Shown one piece after another: positions 1 through 8,922 of a stretch of DNA of 64,000 nucleotides. Source of the DNA: Telmatospirillum sp. (GTDB lineage: Bacteria > Pseudomonadota > Alphaproteobacteria > Rhodospirillales > Magnetospirillaceae). The stretch covers positions 41,235 through 105,234 of the forward strand of contig WASQ01000065.1 of assembly GCA_009712185.1 (NCBI GenBank), given 5' to 3'. The position numbers and the translations under genes are program-made. The notes under the pieces are model-generated. The model was not told the DNA's origin, ran no database searches, and saw nothing but the letters and a program-made list of their open reading frames with translations. Within the stretch, counting starts at the first letter, position 1; every line of letters starts with the position of its first letter.

Positions 1-198
1 GCTGCCCCCCCGCCCCCGTACCTCCCTCCTGCCACGGACCGCTCTTCGACCACCATGCCGCCCCGGGATCCGATCCCTCTCGGGGAATGACAATGGGGTG
101 ATCCGCCGGCTGGCCGGAACCATCGCGCAACCCAATATGATGGAAGGCATCGTCGCCAGCCCGACCGGCCGGACGACATAGAACCAACGGGAGATCCC

Positions 199-1620
199 AT
201 GAAACGAAGCCGCAAAGCCAAAATTCTCGCCACCCTTGGGCCGGCAAGTTCGACACCGGACGCGATCGAGGCCCTGTTCAAAGCCGGAGCCGACGCCTTC
301 CGGCTCAATTTCAGCCATGGAACCCACGAAGAACAGCGCGCGCGCTTCGATATGATCCGGCGCATCGAGGAACGCCACGTCCGGCCCATCGGGATTCTGG
401 CCGATCTCCAGGGGCCGAAGCTGCGTGTTGCGCGTTTTGTGGACGGCCGCATCCACCTGACCGCCGGAGAGACCTTCCGGCTGGATCTGGACCCCGCGCC
501 GGGGACGGCATCCCGGGTCCAGCTTCCGCACCCGGAGATCTTCGCGGCGATCCGGGAAGACGCCGATCTTCTGCTCGATGACGGCCGCATCCGCCTTCGG
601 GTCAAGGCCCACGGTGCGGACTTCGCAGACACCCAGGTCATCACCGGAGGAGATCTTTCCGACCACAAGGGGCTGAATGTTCCCGGCGTGGTGCTGCCGA
701 TCTCTCCGCTGACCGACAAGGACCGCGCCGATCTCGCCTTCGCCCTGGAACTTGGCGTGGATTGGCTGGCGCTGTCCTTCGTGCAGCGGCCGGAGGATGT
801 CGAGGAGCTTCGCCGGCTGTCCGGCAACCGGGTCCGCATCATGAGCAAGCTGGAGAAGCCCGCCGCCATCGATCATCTGGAAGCGATCATCGCGCTGTCC
901 GACGGCATCATGGTGGCGCGCGGCGATCTCGGCGTCGAATGCCCGCCGGAGACCGTCCCCATTCTCCAGAAGCGGATTTTGCGTGCCACGCGCGAAGCCG
1001 GAAAGCCGGTGGTGGTCGCGACCCAGATGTTGGATTCGATGATCCATGCGCCGGCTCCGACACGGGCCGAGGCCTCCGACGTCGCCACCGCGATCTATGA
1101 TGGCGCCGATGCGGTCATGTTGTCTGCGGAAACGGCGTCCGGCGATTATCCGCTGGAAAGCGTCACCATCATGGACCGGATCATCGACCGGGTCGAAGCC
1201 GACCAGGAATACCGGACGATCCGGGACGCCTCACGACCGTCGCCCACCGGCACCACCCGCGACGCCATCAGCGCCGCCGCCCGGCAGGTCGCCCAGACGC
1301 TGGCGGTGGGTGTCATCGTCACCTATACCTCGTCGGGCTCAACCACCCTGAGAGCCGCCCGGGAACGCCCGGACGTGCCCATTCTCTGTCTGACCTGCGA
1401 CGTCACGGTCGCCCGGCAGATGGCCCTGGTCTGGGGAAGCAACGGAGTCGTCACTCCCGAAGTTCACAGTTTCGGTGAAATGGTCGCGGTTGCCATCCGC
1501 ATGGCGGAGGAATCGGGCTTCGCCAAATGGCAGGACCAGATCGTGATTACCGCCGGTGTTCCATTCGGGACCCAGGGCACGACCAACATTCTGCGTGTCG
1601 CGGTGGTGGAGGAGACCTGA
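199..1620 (+). CDS. pyk: pyruvate kinase
   Basis: 473-aa ORF with KILATLGPAS, LNFSHG and MVARGDLGVE blocks typical of pyruvate kinase. GGGAG lies upstream of the ATG. Confidence 0.95.
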   Translation: MKRSRKAKILATLGPASSTPDAIEALFKAGADAFRLNFSHGTHEEQRARFDMIRRIEERHVRPIGILADLQGPKLRVARFVDGRIHLTAGETFRLDLDPAPGTASRVQLPHPEIFAAIREDADLLLDDGRIRLRVKAHGADFADTQVITGGDLSDHKGLNVPGVVLPISPLTDKDRADLAFALELGVDWLALSFVQRPEDVEELRRLSGNRVRIMSKLEKPAAIDHLEAIIALSDGIMVARGDLGVECPPETVPILQKRILRATREAGKPVVVATQMLDSMIHAPAPTRAEASDVATAIYDGADAVMLSAETASGDYPLESVTIMDRIIDRVEADQEYRTIRDASRPSPTGTTRDAISAAARQVAQTLAVGVIVTYTSSGSTTLRAARERPDVPILCLTCDVTVARQMALVWGSNGVVTPEVHSFGEMVAVAIRMAEESGFAKWQDQIVITAGVPFGTQGTTNILRVAVVEET

Positions 1621-1642
1621 GGGCAGGGGCGGACGCGCGGCG

Positions 1643-1679
1643 AAAAAGCAAAGGACCGCATTGACATGCGGCCCTTTGC
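1643..1679 (-). terminator. intrinsic terminator hairpin downstream of rpmJ (also faces the pyk 3' end)
   Basis: Stem GCAAAGGACCGCAT/ATGCGGCCCTTTGC (14 bp, 1 mismatch) with loop TGAC at 1648-1679. On the minus strand it is followed by TTTTT (1643-1647). Confidence 0.55.
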
Positions 1680-1738
1680 TTGGAAGTCTGCCAGAAACGA
1701 TCAGGGCCGCGCGGACACGCGCGACGCTTGAGACAGCG

Positions 1739-1864
1739 TCAGCCCTGGCGGGCTTTGAAGCGCGGGTTCGTCTTGTTGATCACATAGACGCGGCCCTTCC
1801 GACGGACCACCCGGCAGTTCTTGTCGCGCAGCTTGGCCGACTTCAGGGAATTGCGAACTTTCAT
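1739..1864 (-). CDS. rpmJ: 50S ribosomal protein L36
   Basis: Hand translation of the minus strand gives [41 protein letters not shown] then a stop (41 aa). This is the alphaproteobacterial L36 pattern. It is absent from the ORF track because it is under 60 aa. Confidence 0.9.
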   Translation of the reverse strand: MKVRNSLKSAKLRDKNCRVVRRKGRVYVINKTNPRFKARQG

Positions 1865-2080
1865 TGCCCTCGTTCCTTAAGAGTCTGGGAGAGACAAAAC
1901 ACCCCAAGGCGTGGAGTGCCGGCGCCGCTCCGGAGGCGGCGAACATACGCAACGCCTACCCTCATGTCAACGCCCCATTGGGAGGAATCCGCGTTCGGGA
2001 ACCACTTTTTCGGGAACCATACCGAGGCATGCCGAAACCACGCCGACGCCCCCCAGATGCCAGCTCTCCCGCCCCTTCCG

Positions 2081-2398
2081 TCAGCGTCCTGACGCCGGAT
2101 TGGACGGGGCATAGGGTGATGTCATGTCGCGGTCCGTCTGCAACCCGGATGACGGCGCCCCCCAGGCGAAGCCGGCGCGGCGCTGCATCCCATAGGTCAA
2201 CGAGGTGCCATTGCCAAGACGCATGGTCCTGGTGGATCCGTCCGCGCTGGTCTCGGTCCTGTTGGTGTCGCCCGTCAGTCGCTGGCCGTCGGCCGATTTG
2301 GCATCGTCGTCACCGACGATGCTGAAGGCGGATGCCGATCCGGCGGACAAAACCGCCAGAGGAAGAGCAATGACAATCGATCGGACGATGGAGTGCAT
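2081..2398 (-). CDS. small secreted hypothetical protein
   Basis: Internal ATG at 2398 is preceded by AGGAGG. The N-terminus MHSIVRSIVIALPLAVLSAGSASA looks like a signal peptide. I recognise no family. Confidence 0.45.
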   Translation of the reverse strand: MHSIVRSIVIALPLAVLSAGSASAFSIVGDDDAKSADGQRLTGDTNRTETSADGSTRTMRLGNGTSLTYGMQRRAGFAWGAPSSGLQTDRDMTSPYAPSNPASGR

Positions 2399-2694
2399 GC
2401 TGTGGTCCTCCTGCTTCCCGGGCAGCGTACACCGGCTTCCCCCTGTCCGGCAATTGCGGAGCTTGGGGCAAGGGGACACAGGGTTCCGCGCACCTGTCCA
2501 CATTTGGAGAGGCGCCATGGATCGCGACCACCGTCCGTCTGGTGTCCGGGATGACCGATGACGGATTTCCGCCGGAGCCGGGAGTGGACCAGGCACTCCC
2601 GCCCGTCCGCCCGGCATGGGGCGGACGGGAATCCGCGGATGACGGGATCAAGGAGGCCCCCGGGCAATGTCCGGGGACGTTCTCCGTCGCCCCC

Positions 2695-3732
2695 TCACGA
2701 GAAGGTGAGCTGGACCTTCATGGCCCGGCTGCGGTCGCCGGCAAGGGCGAAGGCCTCCCGGAATTCGGTGAAGGGATAGCTGGCGGTGATCAGCGGGCGA
2801 ACGTCGATCAGACGGCTGTTCAGGAAGGTCAGGGCCTGTGCGAATTCCTCATGGAAACGATAGGATCCCCGAAGATCGAGCTCCTTCGCGGTGACGACAT
2901 TGACCGGCAGCGTCATCTCCGCGCCGCTGTTGCCCACCTGCATGATGACGCCCCTTGGCCGAACCGCGTCGATCCCTCCCGCCAGGGCCTTTTGCGAGCC
3001 GCTGGCCTCGAACATCACATCGAAGCTGCCCTTGTCGGCACCAAAAGCCGCCAGCGCCGCCGGGTCGCTCCCTGTGTTGATGACGCGGTCGGCTCCCGCC
3101 TGACCGGCCACAGCCAGCGCCTCGTCGGCGATGTCGGTGGCGACGATCTCCGCGGCTCCGGCGCGCCTCGCCGCCATGACGATCAGTACGCCGATCGGTC
3201 CGCTGCCGGTGACGAGCACCCGGTTCCCCAGGATCTGCCCGGCGCGGCGGACAGCGTGCAGGGCCACCGACAGCGGTTCGGCCATCGCCGCCTCGGCATC
3301 GCTGATCCGGTCGCCCACCTTGTGCGCCTGCCAGGCCTCGACGACGATTTCCTGGCGAAAGGCGCCGTTCACATGCGGCGTCGGCGCGGCGCTGCCATAG
3401 AAACGCATGGCGAGGCACTGGTTCGGCATGCCGGCAAGGCAATAGCGGCATTGCCCGCAGGGACGGCTTGGACTGATGGCGATCCGGTCCCCCGTATGGA
3501 AACCGGTGACCGCGCCGCCGACCTCGACGACGGTGCCCGAGACCTCATGACCCAGCACCATCGGCTCCTTGACCCGCACGGTGCCAAACCCCCCGTGCTG
3601 GTAATAATGCAGATCGGAGCCGCAGATGCCGCCGGCCCGGATATGAACGCGAAGCTGCGCCGGGCCGAGGGGATCGCTTGGCACCTCCTCGACGGCGAGA
3701 TCGTGCGGCGGACGAATGACGAGAGCTTTCAT
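2695..3732 (-). CDS. Zn-dependent alcohol dehydrogenase, L-idonate 5-dehydrogenase / sorbitol dehydrogenase-like
   Basis: Contains GICGSDLHYY, GHEVSGTVVEVG, the structural-Zn cysteines CGQCRYCLAGMPNQC and the Rossmann motif VLVTGSGPIG. AAGGAG lies before the ATG at 3732. Confidence 0.85.
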   Translation of the reverse strand: MKALVIRPPHDLAVEEVPSDPLGPAQLRVHIRAGGICGSDLHYYQHGGFGTVRVKEPMVLGHEVSGTVVEVGGAVTGFHTGDRIAISPSRPCGQCRYCLAGMPNQCLAMRFYGSAAPTPHVNGAFRQEIVVEAWQAHKVGDRISDAEAAMAEPLSVALHAVRRAGQILGNRVLVTGSGPIGVLIVMAARRAGAAEIVATDIADEALAVAGQAGADRVINTGSDPAALAAFGADKGSFDVMFEASGSQKALAGGIDAVRPRGVIMQVGNSGAEMTLPVNVVTAKELDLRGSYRFHEEFAQALTFLNSRLIDVRPLITASYPFTEFREAFALAGDRSRAMKVQLTFS

Positions 3733-3854
3733 CGGTAACGCTCCTTGGGAAAAATCGCGCCGTGCGGGATGGTCCGGCACCGGGGGGCGGCCATCGCGGC
3801 GCGACGCCCTGGCCGGCGATAACGCCGGCCCGGGCTATCAACAGGGGGTGCCCG

Positions 3855-5189
3855 TCACAGGGCGTTCTCTGGCAGCATGAGGTCGCGTCCCTTGGTTTCG
3901 GGGGCGAGGAAGGTGGTTCCGAACGAGATCCCGGCCAGGACGACCTGATAGGCGGCAATAGGCCACCATTCCTGGTTGAACCAGATCAGCAGGGCGGACG
4001 CCACCGTTGGCGCCAGCCCGCCCGAGAGGATGGCGCCGATCTCTTTCGACAGCGACAGGCCGGTGTAGCGGTAGCGGCTGCCGAACAGCTCCGACAGATA
4101 GGAGCTCTGCACCGCGAACAGGCACAGGATTCCGAGATTCATGGTCAGGACCACGACGACGCCGATGGCGATCGGGTTTCCGCTGTGCACCAGGGCCCAG
4201 GCCGGAAAGGCGAACAGCACGAGGAAGCCGCTGCTCAGGCGGTAAACCAGACGGCGCCCGACCCGATCCGACAGCCAGCCGGCGAAGGGAACGCTCGCGA
4301 ATCCCAGGAAGGAGGCGACGAGCAGCGCCGTCGTCCCGACGCTGCGGGCAAGGCCCAGCCCGCTCACCACATAACCGATCAGGAAAGCCTGGATCAGATA
4401 GGAGGTTCCGCTTTCGCCGATCCTGAGGCCCAGTCCGACGAAGAAGGGACGGCCGCCGCTCTTCATCAGCTCGCCCACCGGCCGGCGACGCTCCTTCGGC
4501 TCCGCCAGCATGGTCTCGGAGAACACAGGCGTTTCCGAAAGATGACTGCGGATGATCAACGCGCCGACCAGGACCACGATGCTGCCGAGGAACGGGATGC
4601 GCCATCCCCAGCTCAGGAGAGCTTCGCTCGGCATCAGCGCCAGCACCGCCCAGAAGCCCGCCGCCAGCAATGTGCCCAGATTGGTTCCCAACGCGGCGAT
4701 CGATCCCATCAGCCCGCGATTGCGCGCGGTTGCGAACTCGGACAGCAGGACTGCCGCCCCCGCCAGTTCGGCACCGGCGCCGAACCCCTGGCCGAGGCGC
4801 AGACAGACCAGAAGAACGGGAGCCCAGAGGCCGATCTGATCGTAGGTCGGCAGACAGCCGGTCAGCGTGGTCGAAATCCCCATCAGGGCGATGGTGATGA
4901 TCAGCACCGGTTTGCGGCCATAGCGGTCGCCCATCCAGCCGAAGAACAGGGCGCCGACCGGACGGGCGAGGAAGCCCGTGGCATAGCTCGCGAAACTGAG
5001 CAGCAGCCCGACCGCCGGCGTTGCGTCGGAGAAAAACAGCTTGCCGAAGACAAGCGCGGCGGCAAGGCCGTAAATCTGGAAATCGAAGTATTCGAGCATG
5101 GTGCCGATCAGCGCCGACACGGCGCCCCGCACCCGCATATTGGTCCCGCTTGCAGTGATGCCGGGACCGTTCGCGTCAGTCACGTCCAT
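3855..5189 (-). CDS. MFS transporter, metabolite:H+ symporter (MHS) type
   Basis: Polytopic protein with the LEYFDFQIYG...FGKLFF and GWMGDRYGRKP motifs typical of the KgtP/ShiA/ProP-like MHS family. The start is uncertain (GTG 5198, ATG 5189 or ATG 5138). Confidence 0.85.
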   Translation of the reverse strand: MDVTDANGPGITASGTNMRVRGAVSALIGTMLEYFDFQIYGLAAALVFGKLFFSDATPAVGLLLSFASYATGFLARPVGALFFGWMGDRYGRKPVLIITIALMGISTTLTGCLPTYDQIGLWAPVLLVCLRLGQGFGAGAELAGAAVLLSEFATARNRGLMGSIAALGTNLGTLLAAGFWAVLALMPSEALLSWGWRIPFLGSIVVLVGALIIRSHLSETPVFSETMLAEPKERRRPVGELMKSGGRPFFVGLGLRIGESGTSYLIQAFLIGYVVSGLGLARSVGTTALLVASFLGFASVPFAGWLSDRVGRRLVYRLSSGFLVLFAFPAWALVHSGNPIAIGVVVVLTMNLGILCLFAVQSSYLSELFGSRYRYTGLSLSKEIGAILSGGLAPTVASALLIWFNQEWWPIAAYQVVLAGISFGTTFLAPETKGRDLMLPENAL

Positions 5190-5363
5190 TTGGATCACCT
5201 TTCCATCCCTGACAACAGCGTCTGTTTTTCTAGAGTTGTCCGGCGGGGGCCGGTCGCGCTGTCGGTCATTGTTTTCGAAGAACAGGTCGCGTCTGGTTTT
5301 CGGTGGGAAGACCGCGCCGGTCCCCCCTCCGCCTTTTCGGGAAGGGGGGGACCGGACGGACGG

Positions 5364-6725
5364 TCAGGCCGGCTTCGACGTCCCATCCGTCTTCACCACG
5401 ATCCGCACCTTCATCGAGGCGGCCAGCAGAACCCCCAGCGTGGTGATCACCGCGACACCCCAGAGGCCGGACGAGGGCACGCCCGTCTTCCCCTCGACGA
5501 AGCCGACGATGTAGGGCCCGACGAACCCGCCAAGCTGGCCCAGCATATTGACGATGGCGAGCCCGCCGGCCAGCGCCGCCCCGGACAGCCGGGACGACAG
5601 ATTGGAGACGATCAGCGGCTGGCTCGTCTGGGTTCCGGCATAAGCGATGCAATAACCGAACACGCTGACAACCGGGGCAACGGCCCCTGCGAGCCGGGCC
5701 TCCGACACCAGCGCCGTCACCAGCCCGACGGTCACCAGGGCGATCAGCCCCATCATCCAGGCCTTGGTCCTTTCGGGTTTCACGAACCGAGGAACCAGCC
5801 AGAGCGACAGGCCGCCAAAGACATAGGGGATGGCGGCGATCAGGCCGACCTGAACGGTCGTCAGGCTGGCGCTGTAACTCTTGATGATGGTGGGCAGGAA
5901 ATAGCCGAGACCATAGGTGCCGACGACCACGGTGAACAGCGTCGCGGCGCTGAGGAAGATCTGCGGATCGCGCATGGCATCACGCCAGCCGCTATTGCCG
6001 GCGAACGCCGACCCCGCCCGGTCCTCCTGCTCGATGAACGCCTCCAGGGCCCGGGCGGCATCGGCGGGAAGCCATTTCGCCATGGTCGGACGATCCGGCA
6101 GGAGTTTGAAAATGGCCAGCGCCAGCAGGATGGACGGAAGTCCCTCCATAAGAAAAAGCCATTTCCATCCCGGAAGACCAGCCAGCCCGTCCATTCCGAC
6201 CAGAAGACCGGCAAGCGGATTACCGATGATATTGGCGATGGCCGCGCCCATCAGGAAGATGGCGTTCGCCCGCGCCCGCTGGGCATGCGGGAAAAAGCGG
6301 GTCAGATAATAGAGCACGCCCGGATAGAAACCCGATTCCACCAGCCCCAGCAGAAGGCGCATGACATAGAAATCGTTGGCGTTGCGGATAATGGCGGTGC
6401 CCATTGAAAGAAGGCCCCACGCGGCCATCAGCACGCCCAGCGTCCGGCGGGCGCCGATGCGGTGCATGATGAGATTGCTGGGGACCTGGAAAAAAGCGTA
6501 GCTCACGAAAAACAGGCCAGAGCCGAGGCCATAGGCGGCCGCATCAATGCCAAGATTGATCTGCAAATCGCTCTTGACCATGCTGATATTCGTGCGGTCG
6601 ATGAAATTCATGATGTAACCGAGGATAATAATCGGCAACACCTTCTTGAAGAGTAGTGAAATGACTTCCTCGGATGGAGGATTAGCCAAACGGGAGTCCA
6701 GCCCCACTGTCGATGATATCGTCAT
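5364..6725 (-). CDS. MFS transporter, anion:cation symporter (ACS) type (tartrate/hexuronate/galactonate-like)
   Basis: 453 aa with 12 hydrophobic segments. FIDRTNISMVK...GLGSGLFFVSYAFFQVPSN is typical of the ACS family. Confidence 0.85.
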   Translation of the reverse strand: MTISSTVGLDSRLANPPSEEVISLLFKKVLPIIILGYIMNFIDRTNISMVKSDLQINLGIDAAAYGLGSGLFFVSYAFFQVPSNLIMHRIGARRTLGVLMAAWGLLSMGTAIIRNANDFYVMRLLLGLVESGFYPGVLYYLTRFFPHAQRARANAIFLMGAAIANIIGNPLAGLLVGMDGLAGLPGWKWLFLMEGLPSILLALAIFKLLPDRPTMAKWLPADAARALEAFIEQEDRAGSAFAGNSGWRDAMRDPQIFLSAATLFTVVVGTYGLGYFLPTIIKSYSASLTTVQVGLIAAIPYVFGGLSLWLVPRFVKPERTKAWMMGLIALVTVGLVTALVSEARLAGAVAPVVSVFGYCIAYAGTQTSQPLIVSNLSSRLSGAALAGGLAIVNMLGQLGGFVGPYIVGFVEGKTGVPSSGLWGVAVITTLGVLLAASMKVRIVVKTDGTSKPA

Positions 6726-6803
6726 GACGACTCAATCCTGTTTCTTTGGCATTTCCAGAGTCCCCCCGACATGTCGTCGGGATGGTATTTTCACTTTTTC
6801 ATT

Positions 6804-8762
6804 TCACGATGAACCGCTTTCTTCACCACCGGCTTGCGAAGCCCCGCGACACCGTTCCCAATGGGCAACCAGCTCAGCAAAACGCTCCGCCATGACCGCG
6901 ACGGCCTGTTCGTCGTCGATGGCTCCGCTCAGCCAGTCCTGCGCCGGCGCCGAAAAGATGCTGCGTCCGATCGCGAATCCGCGGACCCAGGGTGTCGACA
7001 CCGCGGCGAAGGCCGTCTCCAGTTGCCTCAGCGGAGCGTCAAGCCCCAACATCAACACACCCTGGCAATGCGGATCGCTCCGACCGATGACGTCGCCGAT
7101 CCTGTCCCACGCCCTGGAGGACGGCTGAGGCTCCAGCTTCCACCAGTCGGGCTTCACACCTTCGCCGTAGAGGGTTTGCAGGACGCCCGCCGCGGTGCCG
7201 TCGGACAGCGCTCCATGCTTGCCCGCGATGATCTCGATCAGCAGATCCCGGCCGAGACGGCGACAGGCGTCCTGCGCCCGCAGCAGTTCCCGGAGTTGTC
7301 TGGCCTTCAGCGCGTCACTGTCGTCCGGATGATAAAAGCAGAGGGCTTTCACGACCTGATGCAGAGGCCATTCCACGAGTTGCGCCCCCAGACTGCCATC
7401 CGCCGTTCCGTCGGCACCGCCCTCGAACTCCAGGGGACGCGACCCGGTACGCTCCACCGGCCGGGCGATCCACAAGCCCGCGACGGCAGCCGCGTGCAAG
7501 GCCGCAAGGCCGTATCGTCCGTCGAGGAACATGCCGAATCCGGGCCGGCCGGCAGCCACCTGCGCCGCCGCCGAGACGGCCAGCAGCTTGAAATCGGAGA
7601 TGCGCGCGCGAGGCGCGCCCGCCATGTCGGCGATCCGCTCAAGCTGCATCCGGTGATCGCAGGCCAGGGCCAGAAGGCGGGACGGCGGCTGACGCCGGAG
7701 GCCAGTCCGATGAAGGTCGGTCAGAATGGGATCAAGACGCGGCTGGCAGGGAAGCGCCCGCCCGGACGCCAGGGTATCGAGTTCGGCCACCAGGGGACTG
7801 GCTCCGGCGCCCGCCGGCCGCGACGTGGCGAGCGCGGCGCAGGCATTGGCGTCGGTCGCGCAGGTCGCGAGACTGTCTCCGCGCAGCCAGCCGCGGAGGA
7901 ACCCGGCCATGGCGGCGGCGTAACCGGCGGACGGATTGCAGCGTTCGACCGCGAAGGTCCTGCCCCGGACCTCTCCGCCGGCTCCATCCGCGCCCTCCCC
8001 CGCCACGGCACGGCATCCGTCCGCGGCGTGCCAGCAGGCCACGGTCGCGCGGGGCGCCAAACTACGAAGGGCGCGGGGCGCCAGGCTACGAAGGGTGCCC
8101 GGCAGGGCCGGCGAACCACCCGCGAACAGGAGATCGCACTCGGGAAGGATGGACGCGGCGGAGGCGAACGGGTCCCTGTCCGGGCCCGCACGAACTCCGT
8201 CCGACGGATTGAGCAGGGACGCAAGATCAAGGATGACCCGTCCGCCCTGATCGCGCATCGGCGCGATGGCCTGCCTCAGCGCCGCGACCGACCACGGGCC
8301 GGCGGCCGGCGTTCCGGTCAGCAGGACGGCCCTCGCCCGGGGTGCCCAAAGCCTGTCGATCCAGGCGCCGTCGGCCCCGATCCCGTCGGCCCAGCTTCCA
8401 TCCATGGCGCCGCATCCATCGCAGACGCCCGAAAGCGCTGTTCCCGACCGATCCTCCCCCCTGGCACCGTGCACGCTGAGCGTCGTCGCCCGCTCCGGCG
8501 CAACACGCAGGCTGGTGGCCTCCACCCCTTCGCAAGCCAGACAGCGGCGAAGAAAGCGGCCGAAGGGGTCGTCGCCAACCTCGGTGATCACGCCCACCGT
8601 GAGGCCCAGACGGGCGAGACCGATGGCAACGGCTGCCGCCCCCGGTCCGACAGCCATGCGGAAACTGTCCGTCTCCTCGATGCCACAGCCGATCTGCTGG
8701 CCGCAGAAGGCCACCGAAGAGGGACCGATCACGACAAGATCGAGTGCGTCCGGATCGCTCAT
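6804..8762 (-). CDS. PfkB-like domain fused to a DUF2090-type C-terminal domain (IolC/IolJ-like 'bifunctional' family); kinase motifs look degenerate
   Basis: 652 aa. The N-terminal half has a ribokinase-like layout (GPGAAAVAIGLARLGL). The expected GAGD anion-hole/catalytic motif reads NPSAGYAAAMAG. The C-terminal roughly 300 aa resemble the domain fused to IolC in alphaproteobacteria. Confidence 0.7.
   Translation of the reverse strand: MSDPDALDLVVIGPSSVAFCGQQIGCGIEETDSFRMAVGPGAAAVAIGLARLGLTVGVITEVGDDPFGRFLRRCLACEGVEATSLRVAPERATTLSVHGARGEDRSGTALSGVCDGCGAMDGSWADGIGADGAWIDRLWAPRARAVLLTGTPAAGPWSVAALRQAIAPMRDQGGRVILDLASLLNPSDGVRAGPDRDPFASAASILPECDLLFAGGSPALPGTLRSLAPRALRSLAPRATVACWHAADGCRAVAGEGADGAGGEVRGRTFAVERCNPSAGYAAAMAGFLRGWLRGDSLATCATDANACAALATSRPAGAGASPLVAELDTLASGRALPCQPRLDPILTDLHRTGLRRQPPSRLLALACDHRMQLERIADMAGAPRARISDFKLLAVSAAAQVAAGRPGFGMFLDGRYGLAALHAAAVAGLWIARPVERTGSRPLEFEGGADGTADGSLGAQLVEWPLHQVVKALCFYHPDDSDALKARQLRELLRAQDACRRLGRDLLIEIIAGKHGALSDGTAAGVLQTLYGEGVKPDWWKLEPQPSSRAWDRIGDVIGRSDPHCQGVLMLGLDAPLRQLETAFAAVSTPWVRGFAIGRSIFSAPAQDWLSGAIDDEQAVAVMAERFAELVAHWERCRGASQAGGEESGSS
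8047..8094. repeat. 24-bp in-frame tandem duplication inside the PfkB/DUF2090 gene
   Basis: gcgcggggcgccaaactacgaagg and gcgcggggcgccaggctacgaagg match at 22/24 positions. They encode LRSLAPRA-LRSLAPRA on the minus strand. Confidence 0.9.
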
Positions 8763-8922
8763 GAGGTCGCTCTTTCCTTATCAGTGAAGACGCGGGGAAC
8801 CCGGCCCGCCTCCGACCGGCGTGTCCCGCCGGTCCGGGGTAAAAATCGCACTGGGCTCTCTGCGCCGTTTTCGATTCCGGCGGGCGGCGGGCTTTCCCCG
8901 TCGCCCGTCGCCCGGGGCGGGG

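Noticed and set aside
1-198. Possible 3' end of an upstream gene at the window edge
   Set aside because: It is too short and has no recognisable motif, so there is no support for a call.
3762-6407. 881-aa plus-strand ORF, the longest in the track
   Set aside because: It is antisense to two well-supported MFS transporter genes. Its composition is Arg/Gly/Asp/His/Gln-rich with no motif. This is a typical shadow ORF of a high-GC genome.
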